NCBI GenBank assembly: GCA_017438975.1
Contig: JAFRUH010000019.1
Location: 12,656-76,655 of the forward strand
DNA: 64,000 bases
Direction: 5' to 3'
From: Bacteroidales bacterium
GTDB lineage: Bacteria; Bacteroidota; Bacteroidia; Bacteroidales; UBA932
This document shows positions 29,217 through 38,909 of the stretch, one piece after another (the stretch's first letter is position 1; each line of letters starts with the position of its first letter). Under the pieces are notes generated by a model. It searched no databases. It was not told where the DNA came from and saw only the letters and a program-made list of their open reading frames with translations. A program made the position numbers and the translations under genes.

Positions 29217-30218
29217 TCACTTATACTTGATTCTGCTCTTCATAAGACGGTAGGCAGCTTTGTAAACCAAATAGAAAGCAGGACAATATGATAAAGAATT
29301 AGAGAAAAAATAAAACCAATACTTTGAGCATTCTCGCCTAGGGACTGGAAGGATAAAAAAGGAGTTAAGAATATCTATCATCTGTTTACCTTCCCGATAA
29401 TTAATGTCCGATCCTATTAATCTAAATAATAACCACTTAAGAGTATTCTTCCGAATTGATATTGTTATTGATTCACGAACTACTCTATTTTCATTTTGAG
29501 AAAGAAGGCTTATCTGTTTTACAATGTCCATATGCGATCTTACACATTTACTCATATGAGCTAGCTCACGGTTTTTTGTAACCGCACTATTTCTTTTAAC
29601 GTAGGCATATACTTCATTAGAAACAGTTGCAATTATAGGATTTGCCAATAGGACTTTACACATAAACAATTCATCTTCCGCAAAAAAATGATGTGAGAAC
29701 AGAATCTTATTATCTAGTAAAAATGATTTCTTAATAATTACTAAAGTACTGTAAACATCTATACCAAACTTCATTAGATAATTCAAACCTGTTCCATGAT
29801 AAATGATTGATCCTCCTCTTCTTCCTTCTTCCAACAGGTGATTGTCTGGGACAGTCTTTTTTTGGAATCTTAGAACTTGAAGATTCGATAGATTATTTGA
29901 TAAGATATCAGAAAAAGCCCCTTCAAAATAGTAATCGTCTGAATCAATAAAAGTTAACCATTCCCCGGAAGATAACTCAATTCCTTTATTACGTGCGGCT
30001 CCAACGCCCTGATTATCTTGATGGAATACCTTAATATTATGATTTGATCTTGCAATTTCCAGACAAATATCCAAAGACGAGTCAGTGCTACCATCATCGA
30101 CTATGATGACTTCATACTCTTCCTCCTTTAAAAACTGGCTCTGAATGGATTTAACGCAATTATCAATGTATAATTCCATATTATACATAGGGATAATAAA
30201 CGAAATTAAGGAATCCAT
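29217..30218 (-). CDS. Glycosyltransferase family 2
   Basis: SFIIPMYN, VDDGSTD, NQGVGAARNKG, FIDSDD; start taken at MDSLIS. Confidence 0.9.
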   Translation of the reverse strand: MDSLISFIIPMYNMELYIDNCVKSIQSQFLKEEEYEVIIVDDGSTDSSLDICLEIARSNHNIKVFHQDNQGVGAARNKGIELSSGEWLTFIDSDDYYFEGAFSDILSNNLSNLQVLRFQKKTVPDNHLLEEGRRGGSIIYHGTGLNYLMKFGIDVYSTLVIIKKSFLLDNKILFSHHFFAEDELFMCKVLLANPIIATVSNEVYAYVKRNSAVTKNRELAHMSKCVRSHMDIVKQISLLSQNENRVVRESITISIRKNTLKWLLFRLIGSDINYREGKQMIDILNSFFILPVPRRECSKYWFYFFSNSLSYCPAFYLVYKAAYRLMKSRIKYK

Positions 30219-30724
30219 CTGAGATAAAGGCGGTCTTAAGAATTGATAACTATTAGGAAAAATCAATATCCCTTACCTAATATAGAAACTATATATCACA
30301 TCACTACTTATGTCAGACAATATAAATACTTCAGTAATCCTCTTCGAATTCTCCATCTTTGAATATAATTACTCAAATACAGCATCTATTATCTCAATTA
30401 ATGTCCACCACTGACAGCGTAAGCATCTCCTTTTTCAGATAGTTTAAAAGTTTACTCTGACATTAGAGTATGCTTATACCATTGTGTCGATTCAATCTTA
30501 TTATCTTACTCACCTCAATTATACATAAATCGCCCAGAGAACCATGTCTGAAACAAGGGGAATCTATGAAAATAAAACAACTGTTGTCTTCTTGAATCGT
30601 TCTTCACCTTTCAATCTGGTGTTAAACAGACTGTCATCAAGAGTATGGTATCTTAAGAATTAAAGATAATCGATACAATATATCCCAACCGCAAAGAATT
30701 ATATTAAATCTCACCACAAAAAGA

Positions 30725-31690
30725 TTATAATCCAAACTTCAACCAATTAAAATGTGGCCTCTCTGACAGTTTTAGAAAAACAAACGAAACAAGAGTAGCG
30801 CATGTAAGCACAACTAAAAACCTCAGAACACTATTATCTAATATAGGAAATCTGCATGCCAAAAATGTATAAAGAAACACAAAAACAAAATGAGTAATAA
30901 AGATAAGTATACTTAATCGTCTTAATGTAATCCAAACTAAACTCTGTTTTAGTTGTGCGTTCTTAAATAATATGAACAAAACGGAAACGAATGCTGGCAA
31001 TACAAGCAAGCAGGGCAGTGTAAGCATTGATAAGTATAATAAGCACAAAAGAACCATAGTAAAATAATGATTATGATATAATGGTGCAGACGATGCTAAT
31101 AAAGCACCTAGAGCGATCCAAAAAATATTTGGAAGGAACGAAAAACCAAACAATGTATTAATATACTGCGGGACATTAAACAATTCCGGATTTTTTATAA
31201 TCAAGAAAAAAACAAAAGAAATAAACGTCAATACTATGGTATGGATATACTTTTTACCCCAAAAAACAATAGGGACACCAATTATTAGTGCTGTGATAAA
31301 ATATGATCCTCGGAAAGTTGAACCTAAAAAGAAAGATCTAATAATCTCTAAATAATTGAAATCATACCATTTTCTTATCACTATCGTTAAAGGTAACATA
31401 ATGATAAACCAAAAAAGATAAAAAACCAGTAGCCTACTAATATAGCGCCTCAATAATTCAAAATCTTTGGTGTTGTTACCATCAAGATGAGAGACTTCAA
31501 TCTTGTTAAAAAAAAGGTATGAAGAGATGACAAAAAAAATAGGGACCGCACTCTTTTTCAGTGGGAGCGTAATATTATACAACCAGTCTATTTCACTGAA
31601 AAGGTTTGTATGTATTGAAACCACTACTACCGCCATAATAAACTTAAGCAAGTCTAACCCATGTATTATCTTTGTATTATTGCTTTCCAT
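30725..31690 (-). CDS. Acyltransferase_3 family membrane O-acyltransferase
   Basis: GLDLLKFIMAVVVVSIH, AVPIFFVISSY, multiple TM segments. Confidence 0.85.
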   Translation of the reverse strand: MESNNTKIIHGLDLLKFIMAVVVVSIHTNLFSEIDWLYNITLPLKKSAVPIFFVISSYLFFNKIEVSHLDGNNTKDFELLRRYISRLLVFYLFWFIIMLPLTIVIRKWYDFNYLEIIRSFFLGSTFRGSYFITALIIGVPIVFWGKKYIHTIVLTFISFVFFLIIKNPELFNVPQYINTLFGFSFLPNIFWIALGALLASSAPLYHNHYFTMVLLCLLYLSMLTLPCLLVLPAFVSVLFILFKNAQLKQSLVWITLRRLSILIFITHFVFVFLYTFLACRFPILDNSVLRFLVVLTCATLVSFVFLKLSERPHFNWLKFGL

Positions 31691-31718
31691 ACTAATATAA
31701 TGAGATTATATCATAAAA

Positions 31719-32624
31719 TTATAACTTATTATTGATTTCTTTAAATACTTTTGACCAATACTTTTTGTCTTGTAATGTTTGCTTTATCAGAATATCTGGA
31801 CAATCCGTAATAACATACGAGAAACCATATTCAAAAAACTCATCATAATCCTTAGAAGAATTGAGTGTCCATGTTGATAATGTCATTCCTAAACGATGTG
31901 CATCCTCAACGACGGAATGATTACTCCTGTAAAGGCTGATATAATATGCGAGTCCGGAATAACCTGCTGAAAACAATGAATCTGCAGGAATAAGCGTACC
32001 AGAACTCTGTAATAATTCAACATGAGCATCTGGCAGTTTTTCCATAACTAGTTTACAAGCTGCTTGGGAAAAAGAGATAAAGACTCTCGGGTTCTCTATC
32101 TGCTCTTCTTCCAGCATTTGAACTGTGGGAATAGCGGCTTGTGCTGTTTTCAATTCGACAAAAAGGATTAGATGAGGATATTCTTTTATCTTTCGAAGGT
32201 ACTCTCTTAATGTCGGTATCTTTTCTCCATTAGGAAGAGGGGTCTGAACTAAATCCGAGTATAAAGACCCTGCGATAGAATGCCCGGCATATGTTGAATT
32301 ATGATGTACAATTATAGTATCATCTTTTGTTTTCCATAAATCGAATTCAATCCCATCCACCCCTAATTCTGCCGCAGAAACAATAGACGAAATTGAGTTT
32401 TCATATGATCCTCGCACATCCCAATACCCTCTATGAGCAATAATACGACAATCTCGCTGCTTCCCTTCTGTAGATATCATACCCCCGGAAATACGATTTG
32501 GATGAACGAGTATTAAATCGTTGTTCTTTTCTCGAACAGTGTCTACATCTTGTAGACGTTCGCAGCAACTAACGAATAAAGACAAAGCAAAAAAAACCAG
32601 AATACTGAGTATACTTCGTTTCAC
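31719..32624 (-). CDS. Glycerophosphodiester phosphodiesterase family lipoprotein
   Basis: Lipobox-like FVSC; IAHRG, ENS, EFD, VHH, IPTLRE, VELK, WTLN, ITD. Confidence 0.88.
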   Translation of the reverse strand: MKRSILSILVFFALSLFVSCCERLQDVDTVREKNNDLILVHPNRISGGMISTEGKQRDCRIIAHRGYWDVRGSYENSISSIVSAAELGVDGIEFDLWKTKDDTIIVHHNSTYAGHSIAGSLYSDLVQTPLPNGEKIPTLREYLRKIKEYPHLILFVELKTAQAAIPTVQMLEEEQIENPRVFISFSQAACKLVMEKLPDAHVELLQSSGTLIPADSLFSAGYSGLAYYISLYRSNHSVVEDAHRLGMTLSTWTLNSSKDYDEFFEYGFSYVITDCPDILIKQTLQDKKYWSKVFKEINNKL

Positions 32625-32627
32625 GGG

Positions 32628-33368
32628 TTATTCCTTCAATCTTCCACTATTCATTTTATACTCATAACTATGTTGCCCTTCTCTACGAAAGTCAGCATGA
32701 TATCGCTCCAAAACATCTTTAAAGACATCTTCATACTGAGGGATGAAAAGATCATCTTTTCGCTCTAAATGATAAATAATATCTTGCGCTAAACTCTTCG
32801 TCAATTGTATATCTGTTTTACCGCCATTAAAACTTGTCCCTTTAATACTACCTGGAGAAACATTTAAAATACAATTCTGACTTCCATCTTTTAGAAGTTC
32901 AACATTGACACTCTCGATAAACACTTTAATTGCGGCTTTTGTTGCCGCATACACAGCTAATAGTGGAGAGGACATCCAACCCGCAATACTATCCATCACA
33001 CCACAATAGAAATCCGAAGGACTATCTATTCTGTGATAAAAGCGTTTAATTAATCGAATCACGGGAATTGCATTCACATTAAAAGAGTCTATTATATATT
33101 GTTCTGGGATATCTTTAAACCGAGACAAACGGCCAAATCCTGCTGTTATCATCATAGAATCAATATCATCGAACCGATCAAAGAATGTATAATCCTCTCT
33201 CGCCAAATCAAATTGAAATGATTCTATCTTATTATGCGATAATTCTTTTGGAAATGGAGCTTTATCGACTATATAAACTTTTTGTGTCTTTTCTCGAGTG
33301 ACCATTTCCATAGCGATAGAAAGACCTATTCCACTGGCCCCTCCCACTATAAGAATACGCTTTATCAT
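32628..33368 (-). CDS. SDR family oxidoreductase
   Basis: GGASGIG, TAGFG, YAATK, VSPG. Confidence 0.9.
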   Translation of the reverse strand: MIKRILIVGGASGIGLSIAMEMVTREKTQKVYIVDKAPFPKELSHNKIESFQFDLAREDYTFFDRFDDIDSMMITAGFGRLSRFKDIPEQYIIDSFNVNAIPVIRLIKRFYHRIDSPSDFYCGVMDSIAGWMSSPLLAVYAATKAAIKVFIESVNVELLKDGSQNCILNVSPGSIKGTSFNGGKTDIQLTKSLAQDIIYHLERKDDLFIPQYEDVFKDVLERYHADFRREGQHSYEYKMNSGRLKE

Positions 33369-33538
33369 ATTACTTAAACCTTATTACTTTTATTAAACAA
33401 ATCGATAGAAATCAACTTATCTTTTAATACTTAATAATCGAATACACAGCCGTAATAAAGACTGATAATACTAAGGGCAAGAATTCAAACCATGAAAGGA
33501 AATAGATTCCGCCATAAGCAAGAAACAATAAAACCATA

Positions 33539-34174
33539 TTAGATTATTTCTCCTGCATACTCCAATTGTTTGCCCAATACAGTCGCGAGGATAAGTCGAA
33601 TATCTGTGAAGAAGCTGTAATGATGCAGATAATACCGATTCAAACGGACCTTGTCCGGAAAGATGACTTCATCATTATATTTGACCGGGTCCATATATCC
33701 TTCCATACCTTCGGCCGCGATCCTCGCAAGTAACTCCTCTTCGTCCCGGTACTTCAGGCTGGCAGGTCCCGTAATCCCAGGCCGAAGCAGCAATACCTCA
33801 CGATCCTCTCCTGTTAATGAATCAGCATATCCTGGCACATCCGGACGGGGACCGACAAAACTCATATCCCCTCTCAGAACGTTCCAAAGCTCGGGTAGTT
33901 CATCCAGTTTGTATCGACGCAACTTTGCACCCAACGGAGTAATCCGAGATTCACCGGCAATACTGACCGAACTGCCCGAATGACTGACCGCCATGGAACG
34001 GAACTTAACCATTGTGAACAAACGCCCGTTTCGTCCTACCCTCTTTTGTTTGAAAAGGACAGGACCCCCAGGCATCTTCACTCGAATCAATACAGCAACG
34101 ATCAGGAAAACCGGGGACAACAAAACCAGCCCGACAAAAGAAACGGACCGGTCAAAGAGATATTTCAGCCACAT
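33539..34174 (-). CDS. Priming phosphoglycosyltransferase (Bac_transf family)
   Basis: KFRSM, RITPLG, KLDELP, GDMSFVGPRP, PGITG. Confidence 0.93.
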   Translation of the reverse strand: MWLKYLFDRSVSFVGLVLLSPVFLIVAVLIRVKMPGGPVLFKQKRVGRNGRLFTMVKFRSMAVSHSGSSVSIAGESRITPLGAKLRRYKLDELPELWNVLRGDMSFVGPRPDVPGYADSLTGEDREVLLLRPGITGPASLKYRDEEELLARIAAEGMEGYMDPVKYNDEVIFPDKVRLNRYYLHHYSFFTDIRLILATVLGKQLEYAGEII

Positions 34175-34179
34175 TAATC

Positions 34180-34773
34180 TTAGATCTCAGATCTCTTTCG
34201 GATATCCTCGATATACAGATATCCATTGCTCATCTCTTCCAGCACATTAACCTCCAAAACCTTCTGGGAAGAATATAGCGAAGCCAGATTTTCCTTAGAG
34301 ATCGTCTCATACATACGCAGACCAAGAGACGATGCCAAATCCATCGCACAAAGGCACATTTGTTGTCCAATCCCATGCCCCTGATTACCTATGTCAACCA
34401 TCTTTCCGAGGTAACTCTTACCAATAAAAAAACTGCGCAGGAAGAAATACCCGACGATCTCGCGCTCTCTCAGATAGACATACATCAGGAAAGACGGATT
34501 CTGGGAAAGCCTCTCCAATGATCGCTTATCAAAAGAATGCGGTCGGAAAAACTCAAAAGCTTCTGTTGGCTGCTTAGCAAAGAATGATTCTAAGGCATCA
34601 ATATCCGCTTCTTGAACTCTTCTCACTTTCGGATATTCAGACAGAACTATTCGCTCACTTTTCTCCAGTTTTCTATCATATCGAATCTTGAAAAGAACTC
34701 CATTCCCCCATTCGACTACTTGCCAAATCGGTCTGACATGGAATTGAAGGAAATGTGCAATCTTGTACAGCAA
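34180..34773 (-). CDS. GNAT-like protein
   Basis: LGKMVD...QGHGIG acetyl-CoA-binding-like motif; TISKENLASL. Confidence 0.65.
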   Translation of the reverse strand: MLYKIAHFLQFHVRPIWQVVEWGNGVLFKIRYDRKLEKSERIVLSEYPKVRRVQEADIDALESFFAKQPTEAFEFFRPHSFDKRSLERLSQNPSFLMYVYLREREIVGYFFLRSFFIGKSYLGKMVDIGNQGHGIGQQMCLCAMDLASSLGLRMYETISKENLASLYSSQKVLEVNVLEEMSNGYLYIEDIRKRSEI

Positions 34774-34778
34774 TGCTT

Positions 34779-36263
34779 TTACAAAGCAAATGAAATATCC
34801 TCTCCTCTTCCAACTCTAAATATACTCAATTTGTGATTATGATAATCAGCAATGACTATCGATACAGCTTGCTCTGAAATGGAACCAGATTTAGCTATCT
34901 CCCCATTTATTGTTTGCCAACTATCCGTTGTAAGTATAACGATTGGTATCATGCCTTCTGAAATGACAACGCCATCTCGATGATTATGTCCACCGATACA
35001 AAACTCTATCGTTCCTTTTCCGCCAGAAAAATCATAATAAACACTTTCATTAAGATACTTAAAGACGCCACTTGTTCGCGAATTATAATCGTCAAGGACA
35101 GCGATTATCGGTTTTACATATGACGAAACGACACATTTCTTCTCTCCATCTTCATTTTGTAGACCACACCATATATGACTCGCCATAATAATATGCCACC
35201 CGCTTGGAACAGAATCTAAAGTCTCAATTAAAAACTGTGCAGTCCTAATACTGGCATCGCGAAACTGCGAATAATACAAGCGTCCAGTATCCAAACAAAT
35301 ATATCGCGTTTTTGAAACAGTATCATCAAAATAATAATTATAATAATCCCCATAATAGACATCGTCCATTTGGCTTTGCAAATAAGAATAGACTTGTTGT
35401 TCTGTTAAATGAAGATCTACATTATTGGGCTGTTCATCAGAATTATTATCATGATTACCATAGAGACAATACAATTTATTTCCCAAAAAACTAAAAGACT
35501 TTTTAAAACTCTCCCCTATTTCTATTGCCTCTTGAACAGTTGATGTTTTAGTCGTAATGACATCACCACCAAATAACACTTTACGGACACTTGTGTTGTC
35601 AAGGATATGTTGAATTAAAGCTGGCGAATGCTGTGAATTCTGTCCCCAATGAGCATCCGTAAAAAAAACGAAACTTGCTTGATCCTTGCCTGCCTCCAAA
35701 ATAGCGGCATTCGCATAATCTTCTTTTTGGCACAGTTGAGAGATAAAGTAATCCGGAACTATGAGATTAGGGTCTAAAATGATTGACAAGTCATTGAACG
35801 AGCCATCAGCATAAACTATTGTTATAGTTTTCCCTCTATATATTATGTATGATATATCAGATTGTTGATGGTTATGAGTTTTTTTTGCTTTGATCCCTGA
35901 ATCAACGCCATCTAATAACCAAGTATTATCATCACTTATGGTCAAAACTGGAGTCCTGGGGGATAGATCATTTAAATAGTCCACAACAATTGTTGTCCTT
36001 CCCCCGTTTATTGCCCAACAATTATCTATTATAGATAAAACTGGAGTAAAATCACCAGAAAGATGATAAGTTTGTCCATCTCCTAAAACAATCGATATAT
36101 CTCCACCGGAACAAGAAAAACTTGACACCTGAACTCTTGATTGAATCTCGCTAATTAGTTCTCTTTGCCGAACTAATTGACTTTGAAAGCTTGATAATAA
36201 TTCACGGTAAGTACAGCAGTGAATTATGGATAAACTAAAAACAATCAGAAGTATTCTTTTCAT
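34779..36263 (-). CDS. Calcineurin-like metallophosphoesterase, probable lipoprotein with DUF4988-like N-terminus
   Basis: TDAHW, GGDVI, GNHD, SH, GGHNH complete metallophosphoesterase set; N-terminal TPVLTISDDNTWLLDGVDSGIKA; signal ending HCC. Confidence 0.82.
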   Translation of the reverse strand: MKRILLIVFSLSIIHCCTYRELLSSFQSQLVRQRELISEIQSRVQVSSFSCSGGDISIVLGDGQTYHLSGDFTPVLSIIDNCWAINGGRTTIVVDYLNDLSPRTPVLTISDDNTWLLDGVDSGIKAKKTHNHQQSDISYIIYRGKTITIVYADGSFNDLSIILDPNLIVPDYFISQLCQKEDYANAAILEAGKDQASFVFFTDAHWGQNSQHSPALIQHILDNTSVRKVLFGGDVITTKTSTVQEAIEIGESFKKSFSFLGNKLYCLYGNHDNNSDEQPNNVDLHLTEQQVYSYLQSQMDDVYYGDYYNYYFDDTVSKTRYICLDTGRLYYSQFRDASIRTAQFLIETLDSVPSGWHIIMASHIWCGLQNEDGEKKCVVSSYVKPIIAVLDDYNSRTSGVFKYLNESVYYDFSGGKGTIEFCIGGHNHRDGVVISEGMIPIVILTTDSWQTINGEIAKSGSISEQAVSIVIADYHNHKLSIFRVGRGEDISFAL

Positions 36264-37095
36264 TATGATTCTCTTTCCAAAAAAAAGACAGATACTTAGA
36301 TTCTTTGGGGACCCTTTGATCACTTGGAGGCAGTTTCATATAATCACCATAAATATTGCGTAGGATGCGATCATATCCTTTAGGAATAAAAAAATCATGC
36401 CCTTGAAAAGTAGTTAATTCTAATTGAGAAATATCTTCAATTCTTTGATAGTTCTTTACATGATCATCTGCACAACCTGCCTGAGTCCAATGATTAGATG
36501 AACCGAATTCACATTTTGCGATCTCTGCCTGAATACTATTCTTAATTCTGGACAAGATCTTCTCATTATAAAAGAGACCCCTAAGTACCTTCATCTTAAT
36601 TCTTCTCATAAAAGAGTCGGCCAACTCAACATCTCCTCTTGACTGACGTATTTGACATTGAATAAGCCATAAAAAATGGATCCTTCTAATCCGAGATTTG
36701 AATAATTTGTAATTATCTTCCGCACCATCTATAGGGAATATATCAATCCAAATCCCTCCTGGGTCATCTAATGAATGATAGGGACTGATCGTCTTTACTA
36801 TTGTTCTTTTATCATCATATACTCTACAAAAATTAATGTAGCTATGCTGATCGTATTCAGAAATGATGGAGAAGTTATCAGATTTAAATGACTCACAAAA
36901 TCGGCGATAATCATTTCTTGTCATTACAATATCAATATCATCATCCCAAGGGATAAAGCCGCGGTGGCGAATCGCTCCAAGCAAGGTACCATATGCTAGA
37001 GAATAATGAATTAGGTTTTTTTGGCAAAAAGAGTGAACTTCCAACAATATCTCTAAACAAATATTCTGAATCTCGTTTAATGATAATTTTGACAT
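36235..37095 (-). CDS. LicD family phosphotransferase
   Basis: YGTLLGAIRHRGFIPWDDDID, WIDIFPID, YGDYMKLPP. Confidence 0.92.
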   Translation of the reverse strand: MSKLSLNEIQNICLEILLEVHSFCQKNLIHYSLAYGTLLGAIRHRGFIPWDDDIDIVMTRNDYRRFCESFKSDNFSIISEYDQHSYINFCRVYDDKRTIVKTISPYHSLDDPGGIWIDIFPIDGAEDNYKLFKSRIRRIHFLWLIQCQIRQSRGDVELADSFMRRIKMKVLRGLFYNEKILSRIKNSIQAEIAKCEFGSSNHWTQAGCADDHVKNYQRIEDISQLELTTFQGHDFFIPKGYDRILRNIYGDYMKLPPSDQRVPKESKYLSFFWKENHNEKNTSDCF

Positions 37096-37129
37096 AATGA
37101 ACTATTCCTAATTGACAATAAACTATAAA

Positions 37130-38305
37130 TCATCGACGTCCTAGTCCAAAAAATGAGGGAAATAGGGTCAATCGAGTTTTAAGTGCCCTAAGAAAATACG
37201 CAAAAACAAAAAAATAATCTTTCTGATCCCAAAGATAGTAACTATCCGAAGTAACGAAGTCCTTAAGCCATTTAAACAATGAGATCTGTTTGGTCAAAAC
37301 ATATGTCCTAAAATCCTTTATTTCATTGATAACGATCAATGGACTTTTAAGGATCTGTGTGGGTGCAAAACGTCGCATAGTTATTGATCTAATCCAATCC
37401 ATCATCAAATTTGCTCCCATATCAGTTAACGCATGATTATATTGAGTATGCCTAAAATTGATTTCCAAAAAAAATAACTTCCCACTTTTATCTCTCATAA
37501 ACTCTATTTCAAATATCCCCGAATATCCAATATGTTGAAGCATTTTTTTTACTCTCACAAGAATCTCTTCACCTAAAGAATAGCTTTCTAGTTTTTTGTA
37601 TGAGCCAAAACCATCTTTGGGACAACGAAGGTATTCTCCTTGAACTGGAATAATAACTGTATTACCAGAATCTAATGACACACCTTCTAAAGCAATTTCA
37701 TTATCTTTTTCAATAAATGATTGCAATAAGACAGAAGAAGAGCTACACGATTTATAAAAATCCAGTAAATCATTTTCATCCATACAGATAGATGTATCTT
37801 TCTTCCAATAGGGATCAAAAGAATCTATGGACTTGGTAAAAATAGGATAAGAAACTCTTCGGGGCAATTCGCCGACATTGACTTGTTCAGTTTTTGGCAC
37901 ATTGAATCCAACCGATTCTGCTAATGTACATTGTTCAACTTTTGAGAGGAATGCTGACAATCTTTCGTCTTTCCCGGCATTAAAGAAGAAATAATAATCT
38001 TTTAATAAAGAGTAATGTTTGTCTAGTAATGAAATGAACGAGTCACTATCTGATGAAATAATAGCTTTATTATCGAAATTCCTCTTTGAAACAATTAAAT
38101 CAAATGCTTCGAGACTATCGCGGACAGAATAATAATTCCCAATATATTTACACTTTTGAGGATTATGTGAAGAGTTATACTCCATCCATATAACAGTTGG
38201 ATGAATTCCACTTTCCCCTAATGTTCTTATTTGTCCAAGTGTATTAAGAAGGTGTTGCCCTACAACTATAACCTCGATACTATTCAAACGATTGTCTGTG
38301 ACCAT
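37130..38305 (-). CDS. ATP-grasp ligase
   Basis: LSKVEQCTLA..GFNVPKT, YPIFTKS, LLQSFIE, GIFEIEF, FLEINFR. Confidence 0.8.
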   Translation of the reverse strand: MVTDNRLNSIEVIVVGQHLLNTLGQIRTLGESGIHPTVIWMEYNSSHNPQKCKYIGNYYSVRDSLEAFDLIVSKRNFDNKAIISSDSDSFISLLDKHYSLLKDYYFFFNAGKDERLSAFLSKVEQCTLAESVGFNVPKTEQVNVGELPRRVSYPIFTKSIDSFDPYWKKDTSICMDENDLLDFYKSCSSSSVLLQSFIEKDNEIALEGVSLDSGNTVIIPVQGEYLRCPKDGFGSYKKLESYSLGEEILVRVKKMLQHIGYSGIFEIEFMRDKSGKLFFLEINFRHTQYNHALTDMGANLMMDWIRSITMRRFAPTQILKSPLIVINEIKDFRTYVLTKQISLFKWLKDFVTSDSYYLWDQKDYFFVFAYFLRALKTRLTLFPSFFGLGRR

Positions 38306-38909
38306 TTATTCCCGCCATTTTTCTTATTACTCGTGCAATTGTAGTATAGCTACCATTTGGCCTTTTATATAGTTTAATCAACAATATACTACAGACATAG
38401 CGGCATTTATAATACAAGGTATTCCTGAACCCTTGAATATCTTTCTTAAATAGAACAGAATAATAGTTATTTGTCTTAAATGAATCAACGCCAATTTTAA
38501 CAAATCCGCTTTTTAGATGTAAACGAATCGACCAATAAGCGCCTACCGCTGTATCACTAAGAATATAATCACAATGAGTTCTCCTTGCCTCTTCAAAGCA
38601 ATGGTTGATTAACAATGTGCCAATCCCTAAATGCCTTGCTCTTTTACTTACAGCGAGATATGCGATTTTTGCATATCTTCTATCTTTACCCAAAATGAAG
38701 AAAGTGATTGTTCCTAGAAGATTCCCATTCTCATCCATACTGACAAAGATGGTCCCTTCTTTAGTACGGGCCATAAACTCCTCCTGTGTTAATTGCAAAA
38801 GTGATGAGAGAAGCCCATGATCTTTCCACAACTGGAATGAATCAACAATGAGTTGAACGATTTCTTTTATTTCAACTTCCGTATCAATTAATCTTTTGAT
38901 TTCTACCAT
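38280..38909 (-). CDS. GNAT family N-acyltransferase
   Basis: LAVSKRARHLGIGTLLI motif A; SIRLHLKSGF. Confidence 0.85.
   Translation of the reverse strand: MVEIKRLIDTEVEIKEIVQLIVDSFQLWKDHGLLSSLLQLTQEEFMARTKEGTIFVSMDENGNLLGTITFFILGKDRRYAKIAYLAVSKRARHLGIGTLLINHCFEEARRTHCDYILSDTAVGAYWSIRLHLKSGFVKIGVDSFKTNNYYSVLFKKDIQGFRNTLYYKCRYVCSILLIKLYKRPNGSYTTIARVIRKMAGINGHRQSFE

Noticed and set aside
30219-30724. About 500-bp AT-rich gap as a hidden gene or ncRNA
   Set aside because: Hand translation of the minus strand gave only short frames with no recognisable motif, and no strong stems were seen; a decayed remnant cannot be excluded.
33369-33538. 170-bp gap before the SDR gene
   Set aside because: Only a short hydrophobic fragment with stops; too little to call a pseudogene.
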